DNA of 63,587 nucleotides, counting the filler. It is 5 parts of 5 records of this genome, joined end to end, with 100 filler letters (N's around TTAATTAATTAA, not from the genome) between each part and the next. Parts side by side here need not be neighbours in the genome. Positions count along the whole stretch, not along the records: positions 10,205 to 33,860 come from SRR2962707_3835; positions 33,961 to 39,133 come from SRR2962707_3836; positions 39,234 to 58,021 come from SRR2962707_3843; 2 more parts are not named here. One strand, 5' to 3'. Both the position numbers and the translations under genes were made by a program. This document shows, piece after piece, positions 30,333 to 40,740 of this stretch; the stretch's first letter is position 1, and each line of letters starts with the position of its first letter. Below the pieces are notes generated by a model, which did not search any database, was not told where the DNA came from, and saw only the letters and a list, made by a program, of their open reading frames with translations.

Positions 30333-31916
30333 TTGGGGGCCGGCATGGCTTTAGCAACAGAATTGGCCGGGGACGGTTCGCCGCAAAAACTGCATCTTTG
30401 GCGTGCGTTACGCCGGCAAGGCAGATCATTCGGCGCGGCCCTCGCCTTCATGGTGGCTGCACCGCTGCTCGGGCTTGGCGCGAGTGCGCACGGCACCGAG
30501 TTGTTGATGGACTGCGCTGAAGACAAGGTCGCGCAGAGCGCCACGGTGGCTTGCGACTTCCGCTTTACCGAGCCGCAACAGCTCGAGGAGCTGACACTTT
30601 CGGCCAACGGGCAGGCAATCGTGGGCTCCACCTTCAGTCCCTATCCAGGAACCGGCGAGAAATCCGCCTGGCTCTACCTGATCGACCGGTCAAATCCGAG
30701 CCGGGCCGCGACCGTCAAACGCAATATCGACATTGCGGGTCAGCAGTTGCAGGCAGCTTCGGGATCACGTCTCATCGGACTGGCGACCTTTGCCAATGAT
30801 ATTGAACTGGTGCTTGAGCCCGCCTCGCGGCACCCCAATCTCGATGCCACGCTGGGGACCATCAAGGCGGATGGTTCGGCGACCGAGTTGTTCGCCAACT
30901 CGCTCAAGGCGATCGACATTCTCAAGAATGTATCCGCTGACCGGAAAGCCCTGGTGATCATGTCGGACGGCAAGGCCGAAGACACTGCCTATACCCGGCA
31001 GGACGTGGTCGATGCGGCGCGATCTGCAGGCGTCATTATTATTGGCCTCGGGTTTGCGGAGAGCAATTCCGAAACCCCGGCCCTGCAGGAGTTGCGCCGT
31101 CTTGCCGAGGAGACCGGCGGCTATTTCGATGCCGTTGTCGGCAGCCAGACCTTTGCGTCGGACTTTGCCGGCAGATTGCCCCGATATCTTGAAAATGGCG
31201 GCCATATCCGCGGAACCGTGGGCGATGTGTCCGGTGACGTCGCCATCGAGCTCTCCGCCAAGGTGGCTGGCGGCGCCAGCTATGACGCGACGCAGACGGT
31301 GGCTGTCGAAGCCGCTCCGGTGCCCGAACCGCCCAAGCCGCTCTCCACTGTGGCTTCCATTTACGCCTCGATGCTGGGTGAAGCCAGTGACACGGTGACA
31401 TGGGCGGACAACAACCAGTTCCTCGCCTGGCTGTTGCTGGCCATCCTGCCGGTTCTGATTCTCGCTGGCTTGGGTTTCTGGCTCAGCAAGAAAAACCGCG
31501 ATATGGCGGATGCGTTCGAAGAGGTCGATCTCAGCGATTCAGAAACGCTTTCGACCATCCGGACAGATGCACTGGACGGCGATTTCGAGGACGGTGCGAC
31601 CAGGTTTGTCTCGGCCGCAGACACGGAGTCTTTCGGCTATTTCGAAATCGTCGGCAATGAAGACAGCCCCTTCCCCATCACGGCGCATTCGATCTCGATC
31701 GGCCGCCATTCCGACAACGATTTTGTGCTGAGCAATGATTCGGTTCACCGTCATCACGCCCATTTCCATATTTCGCCAGACGGAGTCCCGACGATCAATG
31801 ATCTCGACACCACCAACGGAGTGATGGTCAATGGCAGCCGGGTGGACCGGGCCGATCTGCAGAGCGGGGACTTGATCGAACTGGGTGAAGTCCGACTGAG
31901 ATTCGTTGCCGGATAA
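30333..31916 (+). CDS. VWA domain + TM + FHA domain protein
   Basis: N-terminal signal/anchor; LIDRSNPS, ATELF and IMSDG MIDAS-like residues; TM; FHA with GR, HRHH, TTNGV. Confidence 0.88.
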   Translation: MGAGMALATELAGDGSPQKLHLWRALRRQGRSFGAALAFMVAAPLLGLGASAHGTELLMDCAEDKVAQSATVACDFRFTEPQQLEELTLSANGQAIVGSTFSPYPGTGEKSAWLYLIDRSNPSRAATVKRNIDIAGQQLQAASGSRLIGLATFANDIELVLEPASRHPNLDATLGTIKADGSATELFANSLKAIDILKNVSADRKALVIMSDGKAEDTAYTRQDVVDAARSAGVIIIGLGFAESNSETPALQELRRLAEETGGYFDAVVGSQTFASDFAGRLPRYLENGGHIRGTVGDVSGDVAIELSAKVAGGASYDATQTVAVEAAPVPEPPKPLSTVASIYASMLGEASDTVTWADNNQFLAWLLLAILPVLILAGLGFWLSKKNRDMADAFEEVDLSDSETLSTIRTDALDGDFEDGATRFVSAADTESFGYFEIVGNEDSPFPITAHSISIGRHSDNDFVLSNDSVHRHHAHFHISPDGVPTINDLDTTNGVMVNGSRVDRADLQSGDLIELGEVRLRFVAG

Positions 31917-31973
31917 AATATCAAGCAGTTGCAGGGGGCTGACAGCCTCGTAGCGCTCTGAGGAGAGACCGAA

Positions 31974-32519
31974 ATGAACGATGACAACAAGACACGCATC
32001 CTGCGGCCCCAACCACCAACTGGTGCCGGGAATGACGAGACCCACAGCATAAGGTCCTCCGGCTCCCATGCCGGACATGACGTGGAGGCCGAGGACGAGC
32101 CGCGCACCCGCGTCATTTCCAGCCGCAGCCCGAAGCGCAGTGAGGAAACCAGCGATGATGGCGGCTATGAACTCGCGGCTGGCTGGCTGGTCGTCATCGA
32201 GGGACCCGGACGCGGCTGTACGCGCGAAATCTATTACGGCATGAACAGCGTCGGCCGCGGATCTGAAGAACGCATTGCGCTTGATTTCGGCGATACAACG
32301 ATCTCGCGGGAGGCCCACGCCTATCTCGTCTTCGACGAAAAGCAATCGGACTTCTACCTCCAGCATGGCGGTAAATCCAATCTGGTGCGGCTCAACGGCG
32401 CGCCGGTGCTTGCACCGCAGCCGCTCAAGAACGGCGACACCATTGAAATCGGTGACACGAAACTGCGCTTCGTGCCGCTTTGCGGCGATGACTTCACCTG
32501 GGAGGCGGTCAATCCTTGA
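31974..32519 (+). CDS. Stand-alone FHA domain protein with disordered N-terminal tail
   Basis: GWLVVIEGPGRG, SVGRG, ISREAH, LKNGDTIEIG, FVPLCG..FTW; GAGGAG RBS. Confidence 0.9.
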   Translation: MNDDNKTRILRPQPPTGAGNDETHSIRSSGSHAGHDVEAEDEPRTRVISSRSPKRSEETSDDGGYELAAGWLVVIEGPGRGCTREIYYGMNSVGRGSEERIALDFGDTTISREAHAYLVFDEKQSDFYLQHGGKSNLVRLNGAPVLAPQPLKNGDTIEIGDTKLRFVPLCGDDFTWEAVNP

Positions 32520-33334
32520 CCTGCGACATGCTTGATTTCGCTGGTGCACAGATTGCGGGAAAGCGCGCCTATCAGGAGGATGCATTCGCCTTTCGCGAGC
32601 TCAAGGGAAAAGACGAGAGCCTGATTTGTCTGCTCGCGGACGGCATGGGCGGACATGCCGCCGGCGATGTGGCCGCAAACACATCAATCGAAGCTTTCAG
32701 CCAGGCGATCGAATGGCAATCACGGCCGCTGCATGAGCAGTTCATCCGCGCCCTGGACAAGGCGAACCGGGCCATTTACCGCAAGGCCAAGGACGATTCG
32801 ACCAAGGCCGGAATGGGGTGCACCTTTGTTGCCGTCGAAGTCGCAAACGGCCTCTGCAACTGGATAAGCATCGGCGATTCCCCGTTGTTTCACATTTCCG
32901 GAAGCAAAATCCGGCGGATCAATGCAGATCATTCCATGGCACAGCAGCTCGATGCAGCCGCCGCCCGCGGAGAAATCACCGTTGAGGAGGCCCGCAACAG
33001 CTCGTCGCGCAACATTCTGCTCTCCGCCCTGACGGGCGACCCGATATCGCGGGTGGACCAGTCAAAAACCGCGCATCCGCTCGTCAAGGGCGACTGGGTC
33101 ATCCTCGCCAGCGACGGGCTGGAAACGCTCGAACCCGATGAGATGCTTTCCCTGGTTCGTAACAATCCCGGCGCTTCGGCCAAACAGATGTGCGTATTGC
33201 TGCTCGATGCCGTTGAAGCGCGCGACAAGCCCTCGCAGGACAACGCTACCGTCATGGCCGTGCGGGTGCTGGAGAGACCGGCCGATGGGTCGCCGGATGA
33301 TGAAGTGATCACGCGACCGATTCGGGCGGGATGA
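32516..33334 (+). CDS. PP2C/PPM family Ser/Thr phosphatase
   Basis: RAYQED, ADGMGGH, IGDS, ASDGL and QDNAT metal-binding motifs; overlaps the FHA gene stop. Confidence 0.93.
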   Translation: MTCDMLDFAGAQIAGKRAYQEDAFAFRELKGKDESLICLLADGMGGHAAGDVAANTSIEAFSQAIEWQSRPLHEQFIRALDKANRAIYRKAKDDSTKAGMGCTFVAVEVANGLCNWISIGDSPLFHISGSKIRRINADHSMAQQLDAAAARGEITVEEARNSSSRNILLSALTGDPISRVDQSKTAHPLVKGDWVILASDGLETLEPDEMLSLVRNNPGASAKQMCVLLLDAVEARDKPSQDNATVMAVRVLERPADGSPDDEVITRPIRAG

Positions 33335-33757
33335 ATCCTTTATTGAACTGACTGGCATGACTTCGCTCCACAGCAGCGCTGGCGCCCTGCGCTATGACGA
33401 AGACTTGAAGCCTATACAATTTGGCAAACAGGTCACTGTTTCAGCCGTGGCCCTTCGTTCGCCAGCCCTGCCTTTCGTTGTCGCAGCGAGCATCGCAATT
33501 GAGTGCGCTCTGGTCCCGTTTATGTTTCGCGCCTCTAATGTTGTGGCTGTCATATAACATCGGGAATGGTCACATTTATCCGGGGATTATCCGGGATTTC
33601 GCGGTTGCGGCTCTCAGTGATCCCGAGGCGTTTGCAAGCCCTTCATATCGCCCGTTGGAGGACCTCAGGAATCCGGTGGCGATCGCTCAGGCCGATGGAA
33701 CCATGATCGCATCGATCTTTATACCCCTGACAACGGCCGGCTTTACCTTGCCCCCCG

Positions 33758-33860
33758 TCAGCGTTCCTTGAGCGCGTGGGCGATCTGGTCGCGTACGGGT
33801 TTGACTAGATAGGACAGGACGGTGCGGTCGTCGGTCTTGAGGAAGGCCTCGACGGGCATG
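33758..33860 (-). CDS. HlyD-family type I secretion periplasmic adaptor, C-terminal fragment (contig edge)
   Basis: Not in the ORF track; reads MPVEAFLKTDDRTVLSYLVKPVRDQIAHALKER*, the signature tail of PrsE/AprE/HlyD-type proteins. Confidence 0.85.
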
Positions 33861-33960
33861 NNNNNNNNNNNNNNNNNNNNNNNNNNNNNNNNNNNNNNNN
33901 NNNNTTAATTAATTAANNNNNNNNNNNNNNNNNNNNNNNNNNNNNNNNNNNNNNNNNNNN
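33861..33960. other. Artificial contig linker
   Basis: 44 N + TTAATTAATTAA + 44 N. Confidence 0.99.
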
Positions 33961-33970
33961 TGTTGTGTGC

Positions 33971-33990
33971 GTGTGTGTGTGTGTGTGTGT
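33971..33990. repeat. (GT)10 microsatellite at contig start
   Basis: Direct reading. Confidence 0.9.
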
Positions 33991-34064
33991 TTTGGGCGTG
34001 TTTCGTGTCGTCGTGGGTGGAAGAAACAAAGAAAGCAAGAAAACACAAGGCATCGAGCACAGCT

Positions 34065-37000
34065 ATGGAGAAAAAGCATGGCTTTGGCAAGCGCCGGCGT
34101 GCGGTCATTAATCGGAACAGCAAGCCAAAGCCTATCGCGAGACAGCAAGATGCGCCATCGAAAATGGGGGTGGCACTGCGCTCGGCAGGTAGGGCCTTGT
34201 TGAAGCGGGCAAGTGCCATTGCAGAGGAGGCAAAAAATGAGGAAGACGGTGGCGGCCCTGCCAATAATGGCGTCCCAGATATTGCCAGTGTTGCGGAAAA
34301 AGCCTTGAAGCTGCTGTCGAAGCACCAAACCGACGCGGATGTGTGGCGCGATCACACTAGCAAAGTCTACGACGGGCATGAAGGGCGGGACCAATACTGG
34401 ACTATGTTCCGCACTGGCCGCCGGATGGAGTACGGCAAGCGTGCTCACAAACCACGGGACTCTGCTGACCTGGACGCAATGCTGAATGGAGAGGACATGG
34501 AAGACAACAATGCTGAAGATGCCCCGCTGTCCCCTCGAAGTGCCTACTTGAAGAAGATGGAAGAGTTCAATCTGCGTCCGGAACGAATTCAATTCGACAA
34601 GGAGAAGACGGAACTCGCGATCCACAGTTACGGCCTTGGTGACAAGCGCATCGAGGCACTGGCAATGTCACTATCTCATTTCCCGTACGAGTTGGTGAAC
34701 TTGAGCAATAACCGAATGACTGCGACGGGGTTGGAGCATGTGGTCCGCAATCTTAGTGATGGGTGCTTTTCGCTGGATGTGTCTCAAAACAACTTGGGCG
34801 CGGACGGCGCACAGCACGTTGTATCATACATCCTGCAGCCTGGTCCTTTGTGTGTGCAGCACGAGCTCATGACTCTCAACCTGGCTTCGTGCAAATTGGG
34901 GAACGCAGGCGCCGAAGCTCTTGGAGAGGGACTTTCTTCTGCGAATAAGTTTCTGAAGCGGCTGACCGTCTCCAACAACGATATTGAAGAGGAGGCATGC
35001 ATGAAGTTGGTGATGGGCTTGATGAATTGCGAAGTTCTGGAAGAGCTCGATATTAGCTGGAACAACATCGACCTTGCTGCTGCGGCTCTGATCCGCCAGC
35101 TGAAAACCTTGCAGTGGCTCGACTTGTCAAGCAACTCGCTAGGAAGCCAGTCGGCCCAAGATCAGACGGCGGGCTTTTTGGCATCAGAGCAGGCATCTGA
35201 TGGTTCTGGTGGTTCTCTGGCCATGATTACTCGGATTGGCAATGCGATCCTCGAGAATGAGACCCTGATTCATCTTAGTCTCAGCAACAACCAGTTCGAC
35301 ATGCAGCAACTTCAGGTGCTGTCCAAGTTGTTGGAGGGAAACCACACGCTGATTGGACTGCATCTTTCTCATGCGAATGCGCGAGTAGACGCCCACGGAT
35401 TTTTGCGCGTAACAGGCGGCGGGGGCGTCCCCGACGACAACGATGGGGAAAATGCGGACAATGGGGCTGACCAAGAGGCGTCTATTCTCGGGACTGATGG
35501 TTCCGCCCATGGAAGCCACACCAGTGCTAGCGTTCATGGTACACGAGAAGCAGGAGACAAGTTGCGTCCATCAGAGTGGCTCAAAATGGCACCCATGCGA
35601 GAGAGACGCGAAGCTTTCAAATACAAAAGCTGCTGGATTTGCGGTGGCTATTCGGAGAAGCGCTTCAAGGTTGTCATTCAGAAAAATGCAGAAGGAAATT
35701 TGTCGAAGCGGGCCATCAACAATGGAGTGTACGTGCCTGAAAGTGTCTTGTTGCAAATGCTTAAGAGTGTGCCCAGGGTTGGGGTGCGCGTCCATCAACA
35801 CGGCATGGCCGTGCTGAAATGCCGTTGCAAGCGCCAATCATGCTGCTGAACTTTGTTTGTGATTGCCAGGTTCCTTCATCTGAGCATCGATGGGTTCAAA
35901 GGCGAGAAAATGGATGAGGTGAAAGATGGTAGCACCGAGACTGCAACCTACGCACTCAGCCGTATGGTTCCACCCGGGAAACTGTACGGCTTTTTTACTG
36001 TGGAGGAGGAAGCGCCTACAGCTTCGACTAGCGATGATCCTGATGATGATGGTGATGACAATGCGGAGACAAAGCAGGGCGGAAGTACTTCCCGCAAGAA
36101 GAGCTACACGTTTTTCACGGCGGAACAAGTTAAAACCCGAGCTTGGACTCGGTGGTCTCATAAAGCAGCGATCGTATCTGTTGGGCTTTCAGAAAATTTT
36201 GCTCCAGGAGGTGGCATTCCTCCTGAGGTGAATGTATGGGCAATATCAAAACAAGCCGAGCCTGTGGTGACCAAGATGTGCGCTCCACGTATTATCAATG
36301 GCAAAGACGGCCAGGTGTTTCGACCGAAAACGTGGTCACTGGCCAACAGTATCTTTTCGAAGCGTGCGCAAGAATCGGACTGCAACAGTTTCTTCAACAA
36401 GGGTCCATTCTTGCAGCGTATCCTGCGCACAGACTGGCGGTTTACAAAACTGGCACGATGGCTTCCGCAAAAGTATAAGCGGTCGAGCCTGAAAAACTAT
36501 TCCCAACTGTATCAATCTATTCAAGCTGCACTTGCGCCGCATGTCGGTGTTATGCTGCAGCTGTTCAAGTTCATTTGCGCGGTCAGCGCCACTGGCACGG
36601 AGGACGGGTTTACTTTCATGAAAAAACCATTGCTGACTGCTCTGCAAGCTTTTGAATTTGGTAAGAAGAATGAAGTGAAATGTCGTGGAGTGCACACGGT
36701 CAATGCTCGACCTGTCTCCAAATCAGATATCGACACTTTATTTACGGTTGTCAACCTCGAACTGGAATCTGGCGGTGACTCCAACGAGGCACAAGCTGTT
36801 GCTGCGATGAATGATGATAATCCTGACAATGCTCTCACGCGTTTTGAGTGGCTTGAGCTTATTGTTCGCCTTGCTGCAAAACGCTTTCAAACTGTGGCCC
36901 ATGAAGCAGTGAGTTTTCACATTGCAAGCTCTAGTGATGCCAACGCGGTTGTTGGCTTGTGTTCATACCACCCAGTCCGTAGTTGTACCTAACTTTTTTT

Positions 37001-38310
37001 GTCGCTCATGCTGTATGAAGGATGACGAACTCTTGGCCGAGTTGGCTGCAAAGAAAGACAAAGACTATGTAAAACCGCTCAAGTTGGAAACGATAACTAT
37101 TGCTGATGCCGTCAGTGCTTTGCTGGAGGAAATGACAGCAAAAGCGAGCTTGTTACCCGCGGTATGTAGACTGTTGATCGGGAACTTCGTGTTGATGGAT
37201 GGGCGGCCCAACGAATAAAAGCATGCACTTATTGTGTTTGTACGCGTGTGGTTCAGGCTGATATTGTGCAGGACGCTGCAGAATTTGCCGACTGTGATTG
37301 GTTCAGGAACAAGTGCGTGTTTTTTCTTTGCGCAATCAGAAACTGAATATCATTCGGCGTGCAAAAAGAGTTGATCATTTTTGATTCTTTCGACTAGGTA
37401 TCTGTATCTGGAAAAAACAGACCGCGTTTTGAAATTCTGCCGTTCAGAGCTGACCAAAATGTACAATAAAGAATCGGGCTGTGAAGCGAATGACAGTGCT
37501 GTGTTCGGCCCGAATATGTCGTTGGACGAGTTCATGGGCTGCTTTTTGGAGCGGTCGGAAGGACTATTTGAGCCACCAGAGGAGCCAGCTGGACATCGTC
37601 GTCGGCGCTCTAGTAGCCTCGGTATGTGAGAGAGTGGAAGAGGGAATCACCGGAAAAGCTTGAACGTTCTTGCCGAAGTCTGAATTTATTGCCTCAATGC
37701 TCTTCATTTTTTGTTTGCAGGGAGCTTTGGTAGCATAAGTAGCTCGCAGGCGCTGATGCAAGAAATCGACGATGTCATGGGCACATCAACAGCGGATTCC
37801 GAGGGCAATAATGGTGGTGCCGGAAGTGAACCGGGAGAGCCAGACGCAGAGCCACGCGTCTTTTTGTCACCTCATCACTTACGCTTGGACTACCTTTTCT
37901 CGAAAATGATGTCCCTGACTTGCTACCAGACCACTCGTAACGAAAATTGTACTTTCACTGACTTTTTGGAAGGGCTTGTGCGCATGGTGCGTTATCGTTG
38001 TTGTGCTTCCCTTTTCTCTCCCCTTCCATTGCGTTTGACCGTGCATTTGTCACGGCTTTGCTGAACGACCATTGTTCTGCGTGGTGTGTCTTGAATAATC
38101 TTTTAGGCCCTGCGGCAGTACCCACCCGAAAAAATTGAGCGCCCGATTGACGTGTCTATTGCACGGCTTTTGTACCACCATTTTAGCAATTTTGAGGCCG
38201 AGAAGAATGTGCGCGGGAACCTCAGCAAGCAAGCAAAGAAATATCTAGACGCTTATGATGTTCCTGAAGGTGAACGAAAGTTGACCACCATGGATTTGCT
38301 GGAGGATTAA
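34065..38310 (+). CDS. Eukaryotic multi-exon leucine-rich-repeat (RI-like) protein
   Basis: LxLxxNxL repeats. Frame is restored by GT-AG introns at 35729-35869, 36909-37020, 37162-37256, 37313-37397, 37622-37720 and 37987-38106; TAA at 38308-38310. 5' end uncertain. Confidence 0.8.
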
Positions 38311-39107
38311 GCATTTGCTTTCCTTTTGCATTGTGCTTTTTGAATGATACCGTTTAAAGCTTATTATTGCTGTGAAACCAATCTGTACGAGCATCGTCGT
38401 CGAAAAGGTACGGCTGGCACTGCACAACATGCCAAAATCGCAGTGGCTCTCCATCGCAAGGCTAGGCTTTGCATACGAACACCAATATGCTGTTCAACGC
38501 CGAGAGCCACGGATGGACACCCAGCAAACAAGCATACAGGTGCTTGCAGCTCAAATCGTTCACGGGGGCACACGCCGTGAACAACCAAAGCCTAGCAACG
38601 GCGCCCTTCCCCAGTCCAGTCGACATCGCCTTGGGACACAGCGTTGCTGGTAGTGCAGTAGTTCCGTCCAGCCGTGCCATTCATTCGCAGCAATCGCGAT
38701 CTTCTGAATTTCGTCGCAATTCATTGCGAGGGAGGGGTGTGCCACGACATCTCTACATGGACCTTCTCACAACAGTCATCAGTCTAAAAGGTCGTCAGCC
38801 AGCCGGCGCGTGCCCCCATGGCAAGCAGTTGCAGTGTGGTCATGCCATCCATGCCATAGCTGCACCACAAAAAAGAAAAATACCGGTTATTCAACAACAG
38901 TCTTTTCAAAGTCGCTATATTCCATTATTAAATGGATATAGTAGGCGGCTATACTGAACAAAATAAAACCATAGTATTTTGGGCGCACTTCGCACCAACC
39001 AAGGACGATCCTCTTGTCCTGCCAGCTGCTTCTCCGCTCCTGCCTGCCCAGCTGCGTCTCGAGCGACAAACTACTTCCTTCAGTAGAGCTGATGACTCAG
39101 GCACTTG

Positions 39108-39133
39108 CTTCTTCTTCTTCTTCTTCTTCTTCT
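39108..39133. repeat. (CTT)n microsatellite at contig end
   Basis: Direct reading; the assembly breaks inside it. Confidence 0.9.
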
Positions 39134-39233
39134 NNNNNNNNNNNNNNNNNNNNNNNNNNNNNNNNNNNNNNNNNNNNTTAATTAATTAANNNNNNNNNNN
39201 NNNNNNNNNNNNNNNNNNNNNNNNNNNNNNNNN
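39134..39233. other. Artificial contig linker
   Basis: 44 N + TTAATTAATTAA + 44 N. Confidence 0.99.
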
Positions 39234-39926
39234 CACGATGCGCATGTCAAAGTCTTCACCGCCCAGGAACGTGTCCCCGTTGGTGGATTTAACTTCGAAC
39301 AGACCGTCGTCGATTTCCAGGATGGTTACGTCGAATGTACCACCACCAAGGTCATAGACCGCGATTGTTTGGGTTTCTTTTTTGTCCAGACCGTAAGCCA
39401 GGGCCGCCGCTGTCGGTTCGTTGATGATCCGCAGCACTTCGAGGCCGGCAATCTTGCCCGCGTCTTTGGTGGCCTGACGCTGGGCGTCGTTAAAGTATGC
39501 AGGCACAGTGATAACCGCTTGGTTAACTTCTTCGCCCAGATACGATTCAGCTGTTTCTTTCATCTTACCAAGGATGAACGCAGAGATTTGCGAAGGAGAG
39601 TATTTCTCGCCCTTGGCTTCGACCCATGCGTCGCCGTTGCCGCCGTCGATGACGTTGAACGGCAGGTTCTTTTTGTCCTTGGCCAGATCAGGGTCATCAT
39701 TGCGACGACCGATCAGGCGCTTAACGCCGAAAATTGTGTTTTCTGGGTTTGTGACCGCTTGCCGCTTGGCAGGCTGGCCGACCAGACGTTCATCGTCGGT
39801 AAAGGCGACGATGGATGGTGTTGTACGTGCACCTTCCGCGTTTTCAATAACGCGAGGCTGGCTGCCGTCCATAATGGCGATACAGCTGTTGGTGGTTCCT
39901 AGGTCGATACCAATTACTTTGGCCAT
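39234..39926 (-). CDS. dnaK: Chaperone DnaK, N-terminal part (contig edge)
   Basis: [30 protein letters not shown]. Confidence 0.98.
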
Positions 39927-40038
39927 GATTTGATCCCTCATTGAGTTAAGGCGATGACACGAGACTAGGGCCCATTGTGGCGCCCGCGCCCCGATCTTTG
40001 TACGCTAAAGGCCGGATGCCGTCAGCGGTTCGATGGGT

Positions 40039-40067
40039 ATATAAGGAGCAGTTCTGGACCCTGCAAC
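40039..40067 (-). promoter_or_regulatory. Putative RpoH (sigma32) promoter of dnaK
   Basis: Minus strand GTTG-N18-CTTATAT, close to the alphaproteobacterial RpoH consensus CTTG...CCTATAT. Confidence 0.55.
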
Positions 40068-40136
40068 CGTTGCATGAGAAAGGAATAGGAGAATCTGCGT
40101 GGATTTTTCCGTATTCGGGCTAGGAGAGGCAAATAA

Positions 40137-40739
40137 ATGACGGTTTTGCGTTTGCGTGGCTTTGAAATCCACAAAGCGTTGCTTGATCCCGATGCGCAGC
40201 GGGCTGTGCTGGACGAAGTGCGCAAGGTGGTCAAAGCCGCACCATTCTTTCGCCCAGTCACCCCGGGTGGGCAAAAAATGTCGGTCCGGATGACATCAGC
40301 CGGTAAATACGGCTGGATGACCGATGCTGATGGGTATCGCTATGCTGAGACGCATCCAAACGGTCAGGTCTGGCCTGCGATCCCTGACACCTTACTGGCG
40401 ATTTGGGACCAATTGACGGGTTTGGACCGCCAGCCCGAATGTTGCCTGATCAATTACTATGCGGCTGATGCCAAAATGGGCATGCACCAAGACCGCGACG
40501 AGGCCGATTTCAGATGGCCGGTCGTATCGGTTTCGCTGGGCGACGAGGCGATGTTTCGCATCGGCGGGCAAAAACGTGGCGGCAAAACCGACAGCGTTTG
40601 GCTGCAATCGGGGGATGTTGTTGTGATGGGGGGCGAGGCGCGGTTGAACCACCATGGCGTTGATCGCATCCGGGCGGGATCGTCCAAGCTGTTGCCCAAG
40701 GGAGGCCGGATCAACCTGACACTGCGGGTGGCGGAATAA
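40137..40739 (+). CDS. alkB: AlkB-family Fe(II)/2-oxoglutarate dioxygenase
   Basis: CLINYY, MGMHQD (HxD), HHGV, RINLTLR. Confidence 0.9.
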   Translation: MTVLRLRGFEIHKALLDPDAQRAVLDEVRKVVKAAPFFRPVTPGGQKMSVRMTSAGKYGWMTDADGYRYAETHPNGQVWPAIPDTLLAIWDQLTGLDRQPECCLINYYAADAKMGMHQDRDEADFRWPVVSVSLGDEAMFRIGGQKRGGKTDSVWLQSGDVVVMGGEARLNHHGVDRIRAGSSKLLPKGGRINLTLRVAE

Positions 40740-40740
40740 C

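Noticed and set aside
21962-33334. Calling the cluster a type VI secretion locus
   Set aside because: No TssA-M, Hcp, VgrG or PAAR genes are in the contig; the FHA proteins are short or membrane-fused, unlike T6SS Fha/TagH.
33335-33757. Small ORFs (33357-33557, 33421-33771) and a short TTATCCGGG tandem repeat after PP2C
   Set aside because: No motifs, conflicting frames, and no matching repeat found at the other end of the cluster.
38311-39107. Short ORFs downstream of the LRR gene
   Set aside because: No coding signal; likely eukaryotic UTR or intergenic sequence.
33861-39233. Eukaryotic genes next to bacterial genes as horizontal transfer
   Set aside because: The contigs are separated by artificial linkers, so there is no physical linkage.
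39369-39902. ORF antisense to dnaK
   Set aside because: Long antisense frames opposite hsp70 genes are a known codon-bias effect.
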